Assembly: GCA_964016885.1 (NCBI GenBank)
Contig: OZ024743.1
Location: 34,038,001 to 34,102,000 of the forward strand
Reading direction: 5' to 3'
Length of the DNA: 64,000 bases
DNA from: Eledone cirrhosa
Taxonomy: Eukaryota
In this document: one piece after another, positions 1-13,690 of the stretch
Position numbering within the stretch: the stretch's first letter is position 1
Layout of the letters: every line of letters begins with the position of its first letter
Notes under the pieces: generated by a model
The model's database searches: none
Seen by the model: only the letters and a program-made list of their open reading frames with translations
What the model was told of the DNA's origin: nothing
Made by a program: the position numbers and the translations under genes

Positions 1-194
1 ATAATTGTTTCTACTTTTGGCACACGGCCGGCAAATACCCAGTGCATTACTGGTACTTTATTTTATCGACCCGGTAAAGATGAAAGGCAAAGTTAAGCTC
101 GGCGGGATTTGAAGTCAGAATGGCGAGGGCCGTAACTCTATGCATCAAAGCATGACGTCCGACCCTCTACCGATACTGCCAATCCACCGGCCTC
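1..194 (-). mobile_element. tRNA-derived SINE, major family (representative copy)
   Basis: The minus strand has an A-box-like TGGCAGTATCGG, a degenerate B-box (GAGTTCAAATCC in better copies), the core GCCTTTCATCCTTACGGGGTCGATAAAATAAAGTACCAG and an AAT-rich tail. More than 20 related copies occur in the window. Confidence 0.85.
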
Positions 195-1983
<1,789 letters not shown>

Positions 1984-2523
1984 AGTCCAGCGGTCTTCGC
2001 CACCACAAGATGGTGATGAATCATCCACTCAAACACCGTGTGCAGTGTAAAATATCTATATACACATGCATACACATACACTCGTATAAACAGTAACACA
2101 TACATTACTGTTTCATGCTAAAAACAATACTCAGCTTTGCATCAAGCGTTGTGTGTAGAGAAGATAGTTGGACTTCTCCTAGACATTGCTTTACGGCAGC
2201 AGTAGCACTGATCATGGTGCATTGAAATACACGGATAGACACACACATACAGACAGAAACAAACACACATACACACATACACACACATATATATATATAT
2301 ATGTATATATATATGTATATATATATGTATATATATATATATATATATGTATATGTATATGTATATATATATATATATGTGTGTGCGTGTGTGTATGTGT
2401 GTGTGTGTGTGTTAGGTAATTCCAAAGGAAAAGCAAAGGAAAAGAGAGTGCTCTATGTATAGAACAGAGCTATTTAATTTAATTCATATCTTTTATCTAT
2501 AACATCTCTGTTTCAAATATATG

Positions 2524-2676
2524 TATTTGAAAAAAAAGGAAAGAATGACTTCATTTGTAGTTCTAAACAATTTGATTTAATTTTATATTATAATATTATG
2601 AGTTAATATTGTAATATTATAAACTTAAATCAAATTGTTTAGAACTACAAGTCATTCTTTTCCTTATTTTCAAATA
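2524..2676. repeat. Long imperfect inverted repeat (fold-back)
   Basis: GAATGACTTCATTTGTAGTTCTAAACAATTTGATTTAA pairs with TTAAATCAAATTGTTTAGAACTACAAGTCATTC. A single-arm homologue lies at about 39340-39385. Confidence 0.85.
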
Positions 2677-2710
2677 TACCTAACTGTACCAACAAGGATC
2701 TCACACATTT

Positions 2711-2753
<43 letters not shown>

Positions 2754-2885
2754 CAATGAGTTATTTAATTTGTTGATTATTCAACAAATTTAATTTATAA
2801 CAGATTAGAAGCACTCAACAAGATTCTTCTGGAGTATAATATCAATAATATTAATACATGGAAGCTATCTTTATAAAACCATATT

Positions 2886-2946
2886 TATTTTATTATATAT
2901 ATTTCAAGGGTACCAATATTTTGGTACACTTTCATCAGATAAAATA
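2886..2946 (-). ncRNA. Type I minimal hammerhead ribozyme (family A)
   Basis: Minus strand: UAUUUUAU-CUGAUGA-AAGUGUACCAA(AAUA)UUGGUACCCUU-GAAA-UAUAUAUA-AUAAAAUA. Intact core, 8-bp stem I, palindromic stem III. Confidence 0.75.
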
Positions 2947-3219
2947 CAAAAGTTGCTTTACAGATAGTGACATATTCAGACAAGAACTTAATGTTGTGAG
3001 TTCTATTCAAATACGCCGCCGAGAATCGACCTCATGACCTTACGATTGGGAGCCGAACACCCTAACCACTACGACACGCTTCTTCACACATACTCATCTA
3101 ATCCAACAGACAACCCAATACGTCATTAGAAAACAAAGGTTTCAACGCAATATATATTGAACAGAATAACACGTCAATCAACATGACACCTCACATTACA
3201 CCTCACAACACCAAATAAA

Positions 3220-3389
3220 TCATCATCGTCATCATCATTACTACCCTCACCGCCGCCACTACCACTACCACCACCACCACCACCACCATCACCATCATCG
3301 TCATAGTCATCATCATCCTCATCATAATCGTCATCATCGACATAATCACCACCATCACCGCCACCACTACCACTACCACCACCATCATC

Positions 3390-3420
<31 letters not shown>

Positions 3421-3544
3421 TCATTACCACCCTCACCACCGCCACTACCACTACCACCACCACCACCACCATCATCATCATCATCGTCGTCGTCCTCCTC
3501 GTCATCATCATCATCCCCATCATCATCATCATCATCATCATCCC

Positions 3545-3579
<35 letters not shown>

Positions 3580-3580
3580 C
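3220..3580. repeat. (CAT)n/(CAC)n trinucleotide repeat
   Basis: Directly visible; gives the poly-D/G and poly-M/V ORFs. Confidence 0.9.
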
Positions 3581-3689
3581 AAACCGACACTGAGGTAGCT
3601 ATGATATAGTCCCTACTTGAAATACTCACAGCGAGACTATATGTATGTTTATTATAGCTAAAGACATAGTATCTAGCTCTATATACGCC

Positions 3690-4025
3690 TGTATTTACAT
3701 TTGCTTTAGCCCCACTCGGTCACGGATGACCATGGTTTTGCACCTAGAAAGTTTCCCTCCGAGGCACAAGCCTGGGCAAGGTGTGTTTTGTGGCATACCA
3801 GCCTCACCTCTCCACGCCACCGATGTTGTCCAAGGGAAAGCCAGTGGTCGATTCAGCTTGACACCAGTGACGTCGCATCTCATTTCTACAGCTGAGTAAA
3901 CTGGAGCAACGTGAAATAAAGTGTCTTGCTCAAGGACACAACGCATCACCCGGTCCGAGAATCGAACTCACAACCTCTCAATTACAAGCCCAATGCTCTA
4001 ACCACTAAGACATGCGCCTTCACAT
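3690..4025 (-). mobile_element. tRNA-derived SINE with CORE-like domain (second family)
   Basis: The minus strand has a tRNA-like head (GAGTTCGATTC B-box) followed by GTGTCCTTGAGCAAGACACTTTATTTCACGTTGCTCCAG. Related copies lie at about 18120-18250, 55300-55415 and 61795-61925 (+). Confidence 0.7.
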
Positions 4026-4989
4026 TAAAACAAGTAGGTCAAGTAAACATTACAATACATGTTGTAACGTGGTACTGTCGTGTTACAACACGTCATAGCA
4101 ATACATCAGGACCAGACATGAAACAAAACTGAGAGAAGAAAACATAATAACAATACAGATATATTGGGACAATACAACAATAGATTATGATAGGACAGTC
4201 ACCAGAATATAACACAATATCACAACACTGGACCACGACAACGACACAACATATCACAACACTGGACCACAACAACAACACAAGTAACTGTTCACTTAGC
4301 GTCGCTGGCCATTGTCCGCGGGAATACTTTTGCGGTTTTGTCCGCGGGGTGCAGCCACTCTACCGATGTGCCCTAGGTCCAGAGCTCAATCATGCTCCCT
4401 CTTCCACCTCCCAATTCTTCTGCGACACTAGAGTTCTTGCCATTCCCTCCCCTTCCCGTTTTTTTTCATTTTCTCTTTTTTTCTATATTTTCCTATTTTA
4501 CATTCCATTCTTCTCAATCTGAATTTTCTTTTGTTCGTTTTTTCTGTTAAACTATATTTACATGATATATACCATAAACTATATTTACATGATATATACC
4601 ATAAACTATATTTACATGATATATACCATAAATAAAATCCTGATAATATAAAAATAAAATAGTAACCAAATCTCCCCCAAATGCCCTCCCCCGATCTTTA
4701 AAAGTGACTACAATTTTAATCCAGTATATTCCAGATTGCATTGTGTCTGAAAAGCAAGACAAAAAGATGGCAGATTACGACTGGAATACCTTTGATCATA
4801 GGCACGATCAGTAAGGGTTGACACCAGCGCATGTCAACTGAGTAGCATGTCGTATGTCAATACACCAACATAATGTCAAGATAACAACAACATATGCCAC
4901 AGCACATGTCATTGCATCGTCACAATACATGATATGTCAACACAGCAACAGATTATACGTTAATACAGCAATACAACACATGCCAACAC

Positions 4990-5350
4990 ACCACGACACA
5001 ACACTACACAATACTACACAACACTACACAATACCACACAACACTACACAACACTACACAACACTACATAAAACTACACAACACTACACCACGACACAAC
5101 ACTACACAGCACAACGCTACACAACACTACACAACACTACACAACACGACACTACATAACAATACACAACACTACATAACACTACACAACACGACACTAC
5201 ACAACAACAACACTACACAACACTACGCAGCACAACGCTACACAACACTACACAACACTACACAACACAACACTACACTACACAACACTACACAACACAA
5301 CACTACCCAACACAACACTACACTACACAACACAACACATTACAACACTT
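4990..5350. repeat. 10-bp CACAACACTA minisatellite
   Basis: Directly visible tandem unit. Confidence 0.85.
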
Positions 5351-7622
5351 GTCAACAGAGTAACAAATGTATGTCACGCCCATCAGCACATGTCAACAAC
5401 ACAACGACACATCAACACAACACATGTCAACATGACAAAGTCCACCATGATAAACAACTTGTGTTTATTTTGTTTAAATTGAACTAAGGGAAATAACTCA
5501 ATGACTGATTAAGAAGCCGGTTACTTATAAATAAACGTCTTCCTTCATTCTAGCAGTAACTATTGTTTACTAGAACCGTTATATATTTAAAATAACAACG
5601 ATTGTTTACTTCAACAGCCTGAATTAATGAAAGGCCACAGAAACCTGTAGTATTTATCAAAACGTGCGAGCCAACAAATGGCCTGTATGCGATCGCTTAA
5701 ACTCCTAAAGAATCCACTAATTCGTCCTCAAAATACAGCCTATCTTAAAGAAGCTTGAAAACATTGGATAGTGTAGTCCTAGTTAAACCGCCTGAGACAT
5801 AAACTGGAGCAGTAACAAGTGTGCTCAGTGAGGGCTTGTTTGGGGCTAAACAACAGTGTTTACCACTTAAAGAATTAGTGTTTTTCACGTCTAAAGCTAA
5901 TGTTTATTACTACAAGAACTATTGTTTACTACAACAAAATCAGACCCGAGTTTACTAACAAAAATAACGTTTTTCCACTTCAACATAAAATATTCCTTTT
6001 GACAGCAACCAATCATCTATGAGAGTTTTATTTAACCACCTCTATACACTGTTATATTACCCTTAAACTGTTGCAAATTGGCTTCATTTTGCAGATACCT
6101 ATGTAGAGTGCCAATTCCAGGGTAGCGACGTTCTAGGCGGTAAAGATTGAGATCAATATATATTTGAGGCCCTGTAGAAACGGACATAACAAGTGAGATG
6201 AAGACGAGTGTGTTCAGAGTGCTTGAGTTAAAGGGAGGGGGGGGGGTAAGACCAGCGAGTTCTGAGAAGTAGAAACAGAAAAAAAAGAAAAAAAAAAGAA
6301 CAAAGTGAGCAAAGCAATGTTGGATATGAAGGAAAGAAGGTAACGGGCCTTTAATACTGATTAAGAGTGTCGTCCTGACACACGGCGTCTCTTGGGCATT
6401 TTTAAACATGGCGAAACCCACCACTTTTTAAGGTCAAAACACAGACAATTTCTTGCGATGAGAGAGAAAATGATAAAGAGAATAAAGGAAGAATCGACGC
6501 TAGTGCTAGACTGGCATTTTATTTATCGACCTCGATTGAATGAAAGGCAAAGTTGACAACGCCGAGATTTGAACTCAGTGCGCATTGGGCTGTAACAAAT
6601 ACAGAGGCATTTTTAATCCGACACTTTAACGAATCTGCCAGTTCACCGCCTTATTCCTAGACATAGATATACAAAACGATGGGAGAGAGAGAGAGAGAGA
6701 GAGAGACGATCTTTTGATAGCAGTTTGGTTACAGGGTCGGTTGGTTCAACCAGGATGGCCCAAACAACATGTGCCTATGTAAGAAATCGTTATAACAACA
6801 GCTAGTGTCCCTTATAACGAAATATAGAGTTCACATCGAATAATCATCTTACACCCTCCCACCACCACGTCTACCAATTCTCTTCTCCTCCTCAACCCTC
6901 CACTCCACTTGTCGCAACTCTGATTAATTTCTCAATTTGGAATGCAATAGGTCAGAGAGAGGTCGAAAGAGGAAGGATGTGCTGTTTAATTGGGCGAGCC
7001 CTCCATCTCTCACATTGATCGCTACACGTGTATAACCTATTACATAACCACACTCAACGATTTAGTGAGAAATGAAGAAAATGAGAAATTTAGGGTCATA
7101 TGTCAAATAGTCATGCAACGTTTGTTTACATAAGAGTGTAATGTAGGTTGGTTTGTGTCCCTGCATGCATGCACACACGTACTAGCGACGACATACATAC
7201 AAAACATTATATATAAGGAAAAATGGGAGAACTCGGCGTATATATATATATATATGAGAGAGAGATAGAGAAAGAGAGTGTGTGTTTGTGTTTGTGAGTG
7301 AGAGAGAGGGGGGGGGGTTGAATATAAGCGAAAACCAAACGAACTAAACAGAGAGAGAGAGACATTCAGATTAGAAAGAGAGAGAGAGAGAGAGAGAGAT
7401 TGTGAAATAGATATATAGAGAGCGAGAGAGAGGGGTAGAATGTGAGAGAATGAGAGGGAAGTGGAAAGCTGAGAGAGTGAGAAAGAGAGAGAGAAAGGGG
7501 GAGATTGTGAAAGAGATATGTTGAGAGCAAGAGAGAGCGAGCGAGAGTGAGAGAGCGAGAGGAAAGGGGGCGACTGTGAGAGAGAGGGGGGAGGGGGGAC
7601 CGTGAGAGAGAGGGAAGGGGGG

Positions 7623-7663
<41 letters not shown>

Positions 7664-8007
7664 TAGTTATGTATAAGTGAAGCAGACGTTACAGGTATAC
7701 CAACAACGCGAGATGATGTAAACACAAAACTCCTCATTCCAGTACAACCAATATTCGGCTGTCTACTCACCTGTAGATCTACTATATATATATTCAGACA
7801 TAACACCCCCCCTCTCTCTCTCTCCCTCTCTATCTATCTATCTCTCTTTATATATATACACGGCTGTGTATGATTGTGTATAAAGGATTATATTAATAAA
7901 AGGAATTCCAACTTTGTCTGATTTACTCGTTTTATTTACAATCCTTTAAAATTATAATGGTATTAGAATGAAATAGTATGGTAGAATATTAAATGTTAAG
8001 TGTTAAT

Positions 8008-8046
8008 TGAACAAGTATTTTCATGCTTTCGCAATCTTCAGGTTCA
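8008..8046 (-). ncRNA. Type I minimal hammerhead ribozyme (family B)
   Basis: Minus strand: UGAAC-CUGAAGA-UUGC(GAAA)GCAU-GAAA-AUACUU-GUUCA. 5-bp stem I and a GNRA-capped stem II. Confidence 0.55.
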
Positions 8047-8294
8047 TATTCTGTGGTGACAGTCAAGTTTACAATTTTCAATATATATGAAACTCAAAAT
8101 ATAGAAACTCAAAATAGTCTCTTACAATTGAATAGCTCAAGGAAAGAGATTTTTCCGAGCCGTATAGTATAATTGAATATAAAAGAAAAACGAACACAGA
8201 TATATTCTCCAGGGTAAAAAAGATACTAATTATGGACAATAGCGTTTGCCAGACTCAATAACACATATATGTATATATCTGTGTTTATCTCTCT

Positions 8295-8341
<47 letters not shown>

Positions 8342-8357
8342 CCTTAATGTACCTAGA

Positions 8358-9085
8358 ACTAGAGATCAACCCGTCCAAATGCGAGGTTGTTAATGTGAGC
8401 TACGCCGAAGTCAAATTCCAGCATCGAATGAGGCTGAGCTGACCCCGAAGGATGCCCCCTACATTCTCGGCCCTCCAATCCTCCTGAAAGCCATACGTTA
8501 GCGCCTGGAGACAAAGCAAACCTGGCAGAGAGATTACACCTCATCGACGTGCACCCCAAATTCCTCTTCACGCTACGCGGTGCGCTTTGCCATCCTCTAC
8601 CATATTGATTCGTTGAATTCAATACCACCATCCGACACTGTACTAAATGCATCTGTGAGATTCGACAGCCTCGACCCCTGATCCACTCTTGACTTGTTAC
8701 TGCCAGCTTATCTCTCTTCAATTTCCTCCAGCCACACCCTCATCAACGAGATCCTCTGCAAAATGACAGAACCTAACGTGGCCCGGAAACTGGGATCAGC
8801 TCTGGCTGACTGGACCGACGAAGGCATTGCCGTCTCCCAGTATATCGATATCCAACGTACCTGGGGTGACATTAAGTGCGAGTCCACTTTCAAGCGGATT
8901 GGGTCTTCCTTAGTCCAATACTGCCCCACAAACAGTGGCACTTGGCCCAATTCGGTGCCTTCCTCGTGTGGCTGAGGCACCGCTCAGACTGGAGTGTAGT
9001 ATTTGTTACTCTGAGGCACCGCTCAGACTGGAGTGTAGTGTCTGTTCCCCCGAGGCACTACTCAGACTGGAGTGTAGGGTCTGTT
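8358..9085 (+). mobile_element. Degraded CRE-clade (restriction-like endonuclease) non-LTR retrotransposon fragment
   Basis: Broken-frame peptides occur in the expected order: LEINPSKCEV, ILGPPI, ERLHLIDVH, DLLLPAYLSS, QRTW, SGTWPNSVPS, LRL-x-CSIC. Recognised from memory as the CRE post-RT region. Confidence 0.65.
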
Positions 9086-9164
9086 CCTCCCTTTCTCCCT
9101 TTTTTCCGTTGCTTCATTATATTTTTCTTTTTCTTTACATTTCTTTTTTTTTTTTGCTCCCTTT

Positions 9165-9530
9165 AATAATTGTTTCTATTTTTTGGCACAAGGCCAGCAA
9201 ATACCTAGTACATTACTGGTACTTTATTTTATCGACCCGTAAGGATGAAAGGCAAAGTTAACCTCGGCGGGATTTGAACTCAGATCATAAAGCGATGTAA
9301 CTCTATGCTTCAAAGCATGGTGTTCGACTCTTAATAATGGTTTCTATTATTAAAAGAGGCACAAGGCCAGCAATTTGGGGCGAGGGGAAAGTCGATTAAA
9401 TCGACCCCAGTACGTTACTGGTACTTTATTTCATCGACCCCGTAAGGATGAAAGGCAAAGTCAACCTCGGCGGGATTTGAACTCAGACCGTAAAGGACCG
9501 GAACTCATTGCTGCAAAGCATGGCGTCCTT
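9165..9530 (-). mobile_element. Two tandem major-family SINE copies
   Basis: Same core and B-box as the copy at 1-194. Confidence 0.85.
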
Positions 9531-9723
9531 AATAATGTGTGTAGTTTTTGTATAAACAGCTTTCTAAAATAAAATAACTTTGATCATCCTATATATTTAT
9601 AATATATGAGAGTGAGGGGCAGAGAAGACAGAAGACAGATACAGAGAGAGATAGACAAAGGGAGAGGAGGGATGCGAGCGAGAGGGGGCAAGAGTAATAT
9701 ATATATATATATATATGTTTGTA

Positions 9724-9756
<33 letters not shown>

Positions 9757-10009
9757 ATGTGTGTGTGTGCATTTGTGTGTATTTGTGTGTGTGTGTATTT
9801 GTGAGTGTGTGTGCGCGTGTATGTGTATGTGTATGTGTATGTGTGTGTGTGTATGAGAGGCTGGAGGGGAAAGAGTTTATTTAGAAAAAAGCTTTAGAAG
9901 CAGGGGAGAGTGTGCGCCGCACGAGCGTTGACACACGCACGAGAGCGTGTCACTTTATCTGCTAGTAGTGGAGTTCCTGCGCGTGTATGTGTCAGTTTGT
10001 GCCTGTGTG

Positions 10010-10252
10010 TGTACTATGTCTGTACTATGTGTGTACTATGTGTGTACTATGTGTGTACTATGTCTGTACTATGTATGTACTATGTGTGTACTATGTGTGT
10101 ACTATGTGTGTACTATGTCTGTACTACGTGTGTACTATGTCTGTACTATGTATGTACTATGTGTGTACTATGTCTGTACTATGTCTGTACTATGTGTGTA
10201 CTATGCCTGTACTATGTGTGTACTACGTGTGTACTATGTCTGTACTATGTGT
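10010..10252. repeat. 10-bp GTGTACTATG minisatellite
   Basis: About 24 tandem units are visible. Confidence 0.9.
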
Positions 10253-10399
10253 GTGTAAGGGGGCGGGACGAAGGAAAATAGGTGTGCAAACCGTGTGTGT
10301 ATGTATGTAAGTAGGTATGAAGTTTTACAGGTATTTGTCACCTTTTTCTCTTTCTCTTTCTCTCTACGTACACACACATACAAACAAACAAACACACAC

Positions 10400-10453
<54 letters not shown>

Positions 10454-10459
<6 letters not shown>

Positions 10460-10563
10460 GGGTGTCTCCCAAAAATGTATACACACTTCAACAACATTCT
10501 AATAAATATTCTTTATACAGGTAATCAAAGTGTGTCTACATTTTTTTGGAGATACCCTGTGTA
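10454..10563. mobile_element. Tc1/mariner-type MITE
   Basis: TIRs CAG(A)GGGTGTCTCCCAAAAATGTA / TACATTTTTTTGGAGATACCCTG in TA context. An inverted homologue lies at 27744-27849. Confidence 0.65.
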
Positions 10564-10591
10564 TGTATATATATATATATATATATATATA

Positions 10592-10910
10592 CACAATATA
10601 TTAATAAATGGAAACTATATTTATAAAACCATAATTATTTTATTATATATATTTCAAGGGCGACCAAGGTAAATTATGGTGCGCTTTCATCACATAAAAT
10701 ACAGATTTGTTTTATAAATAAATATTGACATACCCGGAAAAAAGACGACCTGAACGGTTGAAATTCGGTGGATAGTATCCAGCGAATTTCAACCGTTCAG
10801 GTTATGGTGTGATGAAAGCGCACCATAATTTACCTTGGTCGCCCTTGAAATATATATAATAAAATAATTATGGTTTTATAAATATAGTTTCCATTTATTA
10901 ATATATTGTA
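10592..10910. mobile_element. Inverted pair of family A hammerhead-bearing repeats (Penelope pLTR-like fold-back)
   Basis: 10592-10693 is the reverse complement of 10809-10910. Both carry GUGAUGA...GAAA (C3 mutated). A further perfect-armed hairpin lies between them at 10748-10802. Confidence 0.75.
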
Positions 10911-11600
10911 TATTTACTCTACTAACTTGTTGAGTGCTTTATATCAGTTATAAAAATTTGTAAGCTTGTTGAATCCCAACAAATTAAATATAACTTCTGC
11001 ATATATATAATGTTCGTTCTGCACTCTTTGTTATTGTTTTTGTTTTTTACTTATATATATATATGCGAGGTTTTATTATAGGCAATTTCTTTCAAAGAGG
11101 GGGAGAGAGAGAGAGAGAAGGAGAGAAGGAGAGAGAGAGAGAGAGAGACGGTGTGGGGAGTGTGAGAGAAAGAGATATAGAGAAGGAATCACTGAACTGG
11201 TATTTTTCTTATCGACTTCGTAACGATGAAAGACAAAAGTTTACATCGGTGGGATTTGAACTCGGAATGTAGAGAACTGGAAGGAGCACCACTAGGTATT
11301 CCATCCCACATTCTAACGATTCTGCCAATACATCACCTCTGTAATGAGTCCTGTCGTGTATTACTGGTATAGTTGCACAGAATAGTACAATAACTGTATA
11401 GATATGTATGTGTGTGTGAATGCGTGTATGTATGTATGTATGTATGTGTATGTGTGACTGTATGTTTGTGTGTATGTATGTGTATGTGTGTATGTATGTA
11501 TGTGTATGTATGTGTGTGTATGTATGTATGTATGTATGTGTGTGTGTGTATGTATGTATGTATGTATGTATGTATGTATGTATGTATGTATGTATGTATG

Positions 11601-13690
11601 TACAGAGGTATATCATTGCTTTCTGTCGTAGGGAAATTTTTATGTAGGGTGCTTCTGGACCGTCTGCTGACACACATTGCAGATTGTGTCTTCCTGAAAG
11701 TCAATCTGGTTTTCGTGCTGGACGCGGCACTACTGATATGTTCTTCTCAGCTAGACAACTCCAGGAGAAGTGCATGGAACAAGGCTTGGATCTGTATCAG
11801 GTTTTTGTCGATCTGACAAAAGCTTTCGATACTGTTAACAGAGATGCATTATGGAAGGCTCCAGAAACTTGGTTGCCCTGATAAGTTCCTTGCTTTAGTT
11901 AGGTCTTTCCATGACGACATGAGGGCTTGGGTTAATGTCGGGGGTAACATGTCGGAGCCTATCTCAGTAAAAAATGGAGTGAAACAGGGGGATATTCCAG
12001 CACCGACCCTGTTTGCCATATACTTTGCAATGGTTTTCTGTATTGCATTCAGGAATTGCGAGCATGGTGTTTACATCCGATATCGAACCTCAGGCAGCAT
12101 ATTTAACATCAGGCGCTTTGCTGCGAAGACAAAAGTATTTACATCAATCATAAGAGACCTCTCGTATGCAGATGATTTCGATCTTGTAGCGCACACAGAG
12201 AGTGATATGCAGCACATTTTGAATGCATTTTCTGACGCTTGCACTGGCCCCGTTCTGACTGTCAGTCTCAAGAAAACCGACGTCATGTACCAACCTGCCC
12301 CGGTAAGCAGTACACTGAACCAAACATCTATGTGTATGGCAAACGACTTGGAGTGGTTGATCAGTTTGTCTACCTGGGAAGCACTGTCAATCGATACAGC
12401 AACCTTGACAGTGAAATCTCACTTAGGATTAGGAAAGCAAGTGATGCTTTCGGAAAGCTAGAAAGGCGACTCTGGGGTCGGCGAGACATATGTAGGAGGA
12501 CAAAGGTAAAGGTGTACAGGGCATGTGTGCTCTCTTGTCTTCTTTATGCCTGCGAGACCTGGGTCACATATCGACACCACCTTAAGCAATTGGAGCGTTT
12601 CCATCAGATGTGTCTCAGACAGATCCATGGCATTCACTGGAGGGACCACATCAGTGATGTCGAGATTTTGGAAAGCTCTATGTGTGACAGTATAGAAACT
12701 CTTGTGCTTAAGCAACGACTCCGTTGGAGTGGTCACCTTGCCAGGATGAAGGATTCTAGAATACCAAAACAGCTCTTTTATGGAGAGTTGGTTAAAGGAA
12801 AACGACCGCCGCATAAACCAAAAAAGAGGTATAAGGATTCCTTGAAAGCCTCTCTGAAAGACGCTAACATCTCTGCTGATACATGGGAGAATATTGCTGC
12901 TGATCGTAATAAATGGAGAAAGACTGTATATGAGGGAAAAGTTGCCTTTGAGGCATCTCAAACCGCATACGAGAAAGTAAAGCGGGATGTGAGGAAGGGC
13001 ATTGCTGTTGCACTTCCAGACGGCGAGGGTCCTCCTATGGTGCTGACATGCAGCGTCTATGCGAGACTCTGCCTAAGCAAAGCTGGACTCGAAAGTCATC
13101 TTCGCAGTCATAAAGTAAGACCAGTGATTGACTAACAGGCTGCTGTTGGAGATGCTACTCACCATGCTTGCCAAACATGTGGTAGAGAATGTAAATCAGC
13201 AGGAGGGCTCAAGCGACATGCAAAAGTACACGAACTCCAACCACAGCCGACTATTCCCAGTGAATGTTTTGGTTGCCGACTCTGTGCAAGACATTTTAGA
13301 TCATTGGCTGGGCTAAAAAGCCACATTCGATCGAAGCGCTGTTAGTTGCTATCGTGTGTGTGTGTGTGTAGATATGCTTATGTGTTTGCGTGTGTGTGTA
13401 TATATATATGTATATGTATATTATTATTGTTGTTGTCGTTATTATTATTGTTGTTATTATTATTATTATTGTTATTAATGTATGTGTGTGTGTATATGTG
13501 TGTGTGAGTGTGTGTGTGTGTGTGTATATGTGTATGTATATGTATATATATATATATATTTCTTATTTTTTTATTTTTTTATTTATTTAAATTTTTATTT
13601 TATTTTTATTTATTTATTATTATTATTATTATTATTTTTTCTTCTCATGCAATGGCCATACTCGATAACGAGGGGGCAGCCATCATCATG
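11601..13690 (+). mobile_element. 5'-truncated RTE-clade LINE (RT pseudogene) with three C-terminal C2H2-type fingers
   Basis: YRGISLLS, LPESQSGFR, FVDLTKAFDTV, GVKQG, YADD, FVYLGS, RLRWSGHL and KKRYKDSLK are spread across frameshifts. A premature TAA is at 13133 and the ORF ends at TAG 13345. The 3' tail ...GCAGCCATCATCAT is at about 13690. Confidence 0.92.

Noticed and set aside
100-190. tRNA genes suggested by A/B boxes in SINE heads
   Set aside because: No cloverleaf; the boxes are attached to the SINE core and tail in many diverged copies.
2135-2230. Minus-strand CYCCRK peptide as a candidate insulin A-chain
   Set aside because: It lacks the two downstream Cys of CC-x3-C-x8-C, a preceding dibasic site and an acceptor.
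6032-6424. 130-aa minus ORF and a possible short plus-strand exon at about 6095-6139
   Set aside because: No recognisable domain, it crosses low-complexity tracts, and there are no partner exons.
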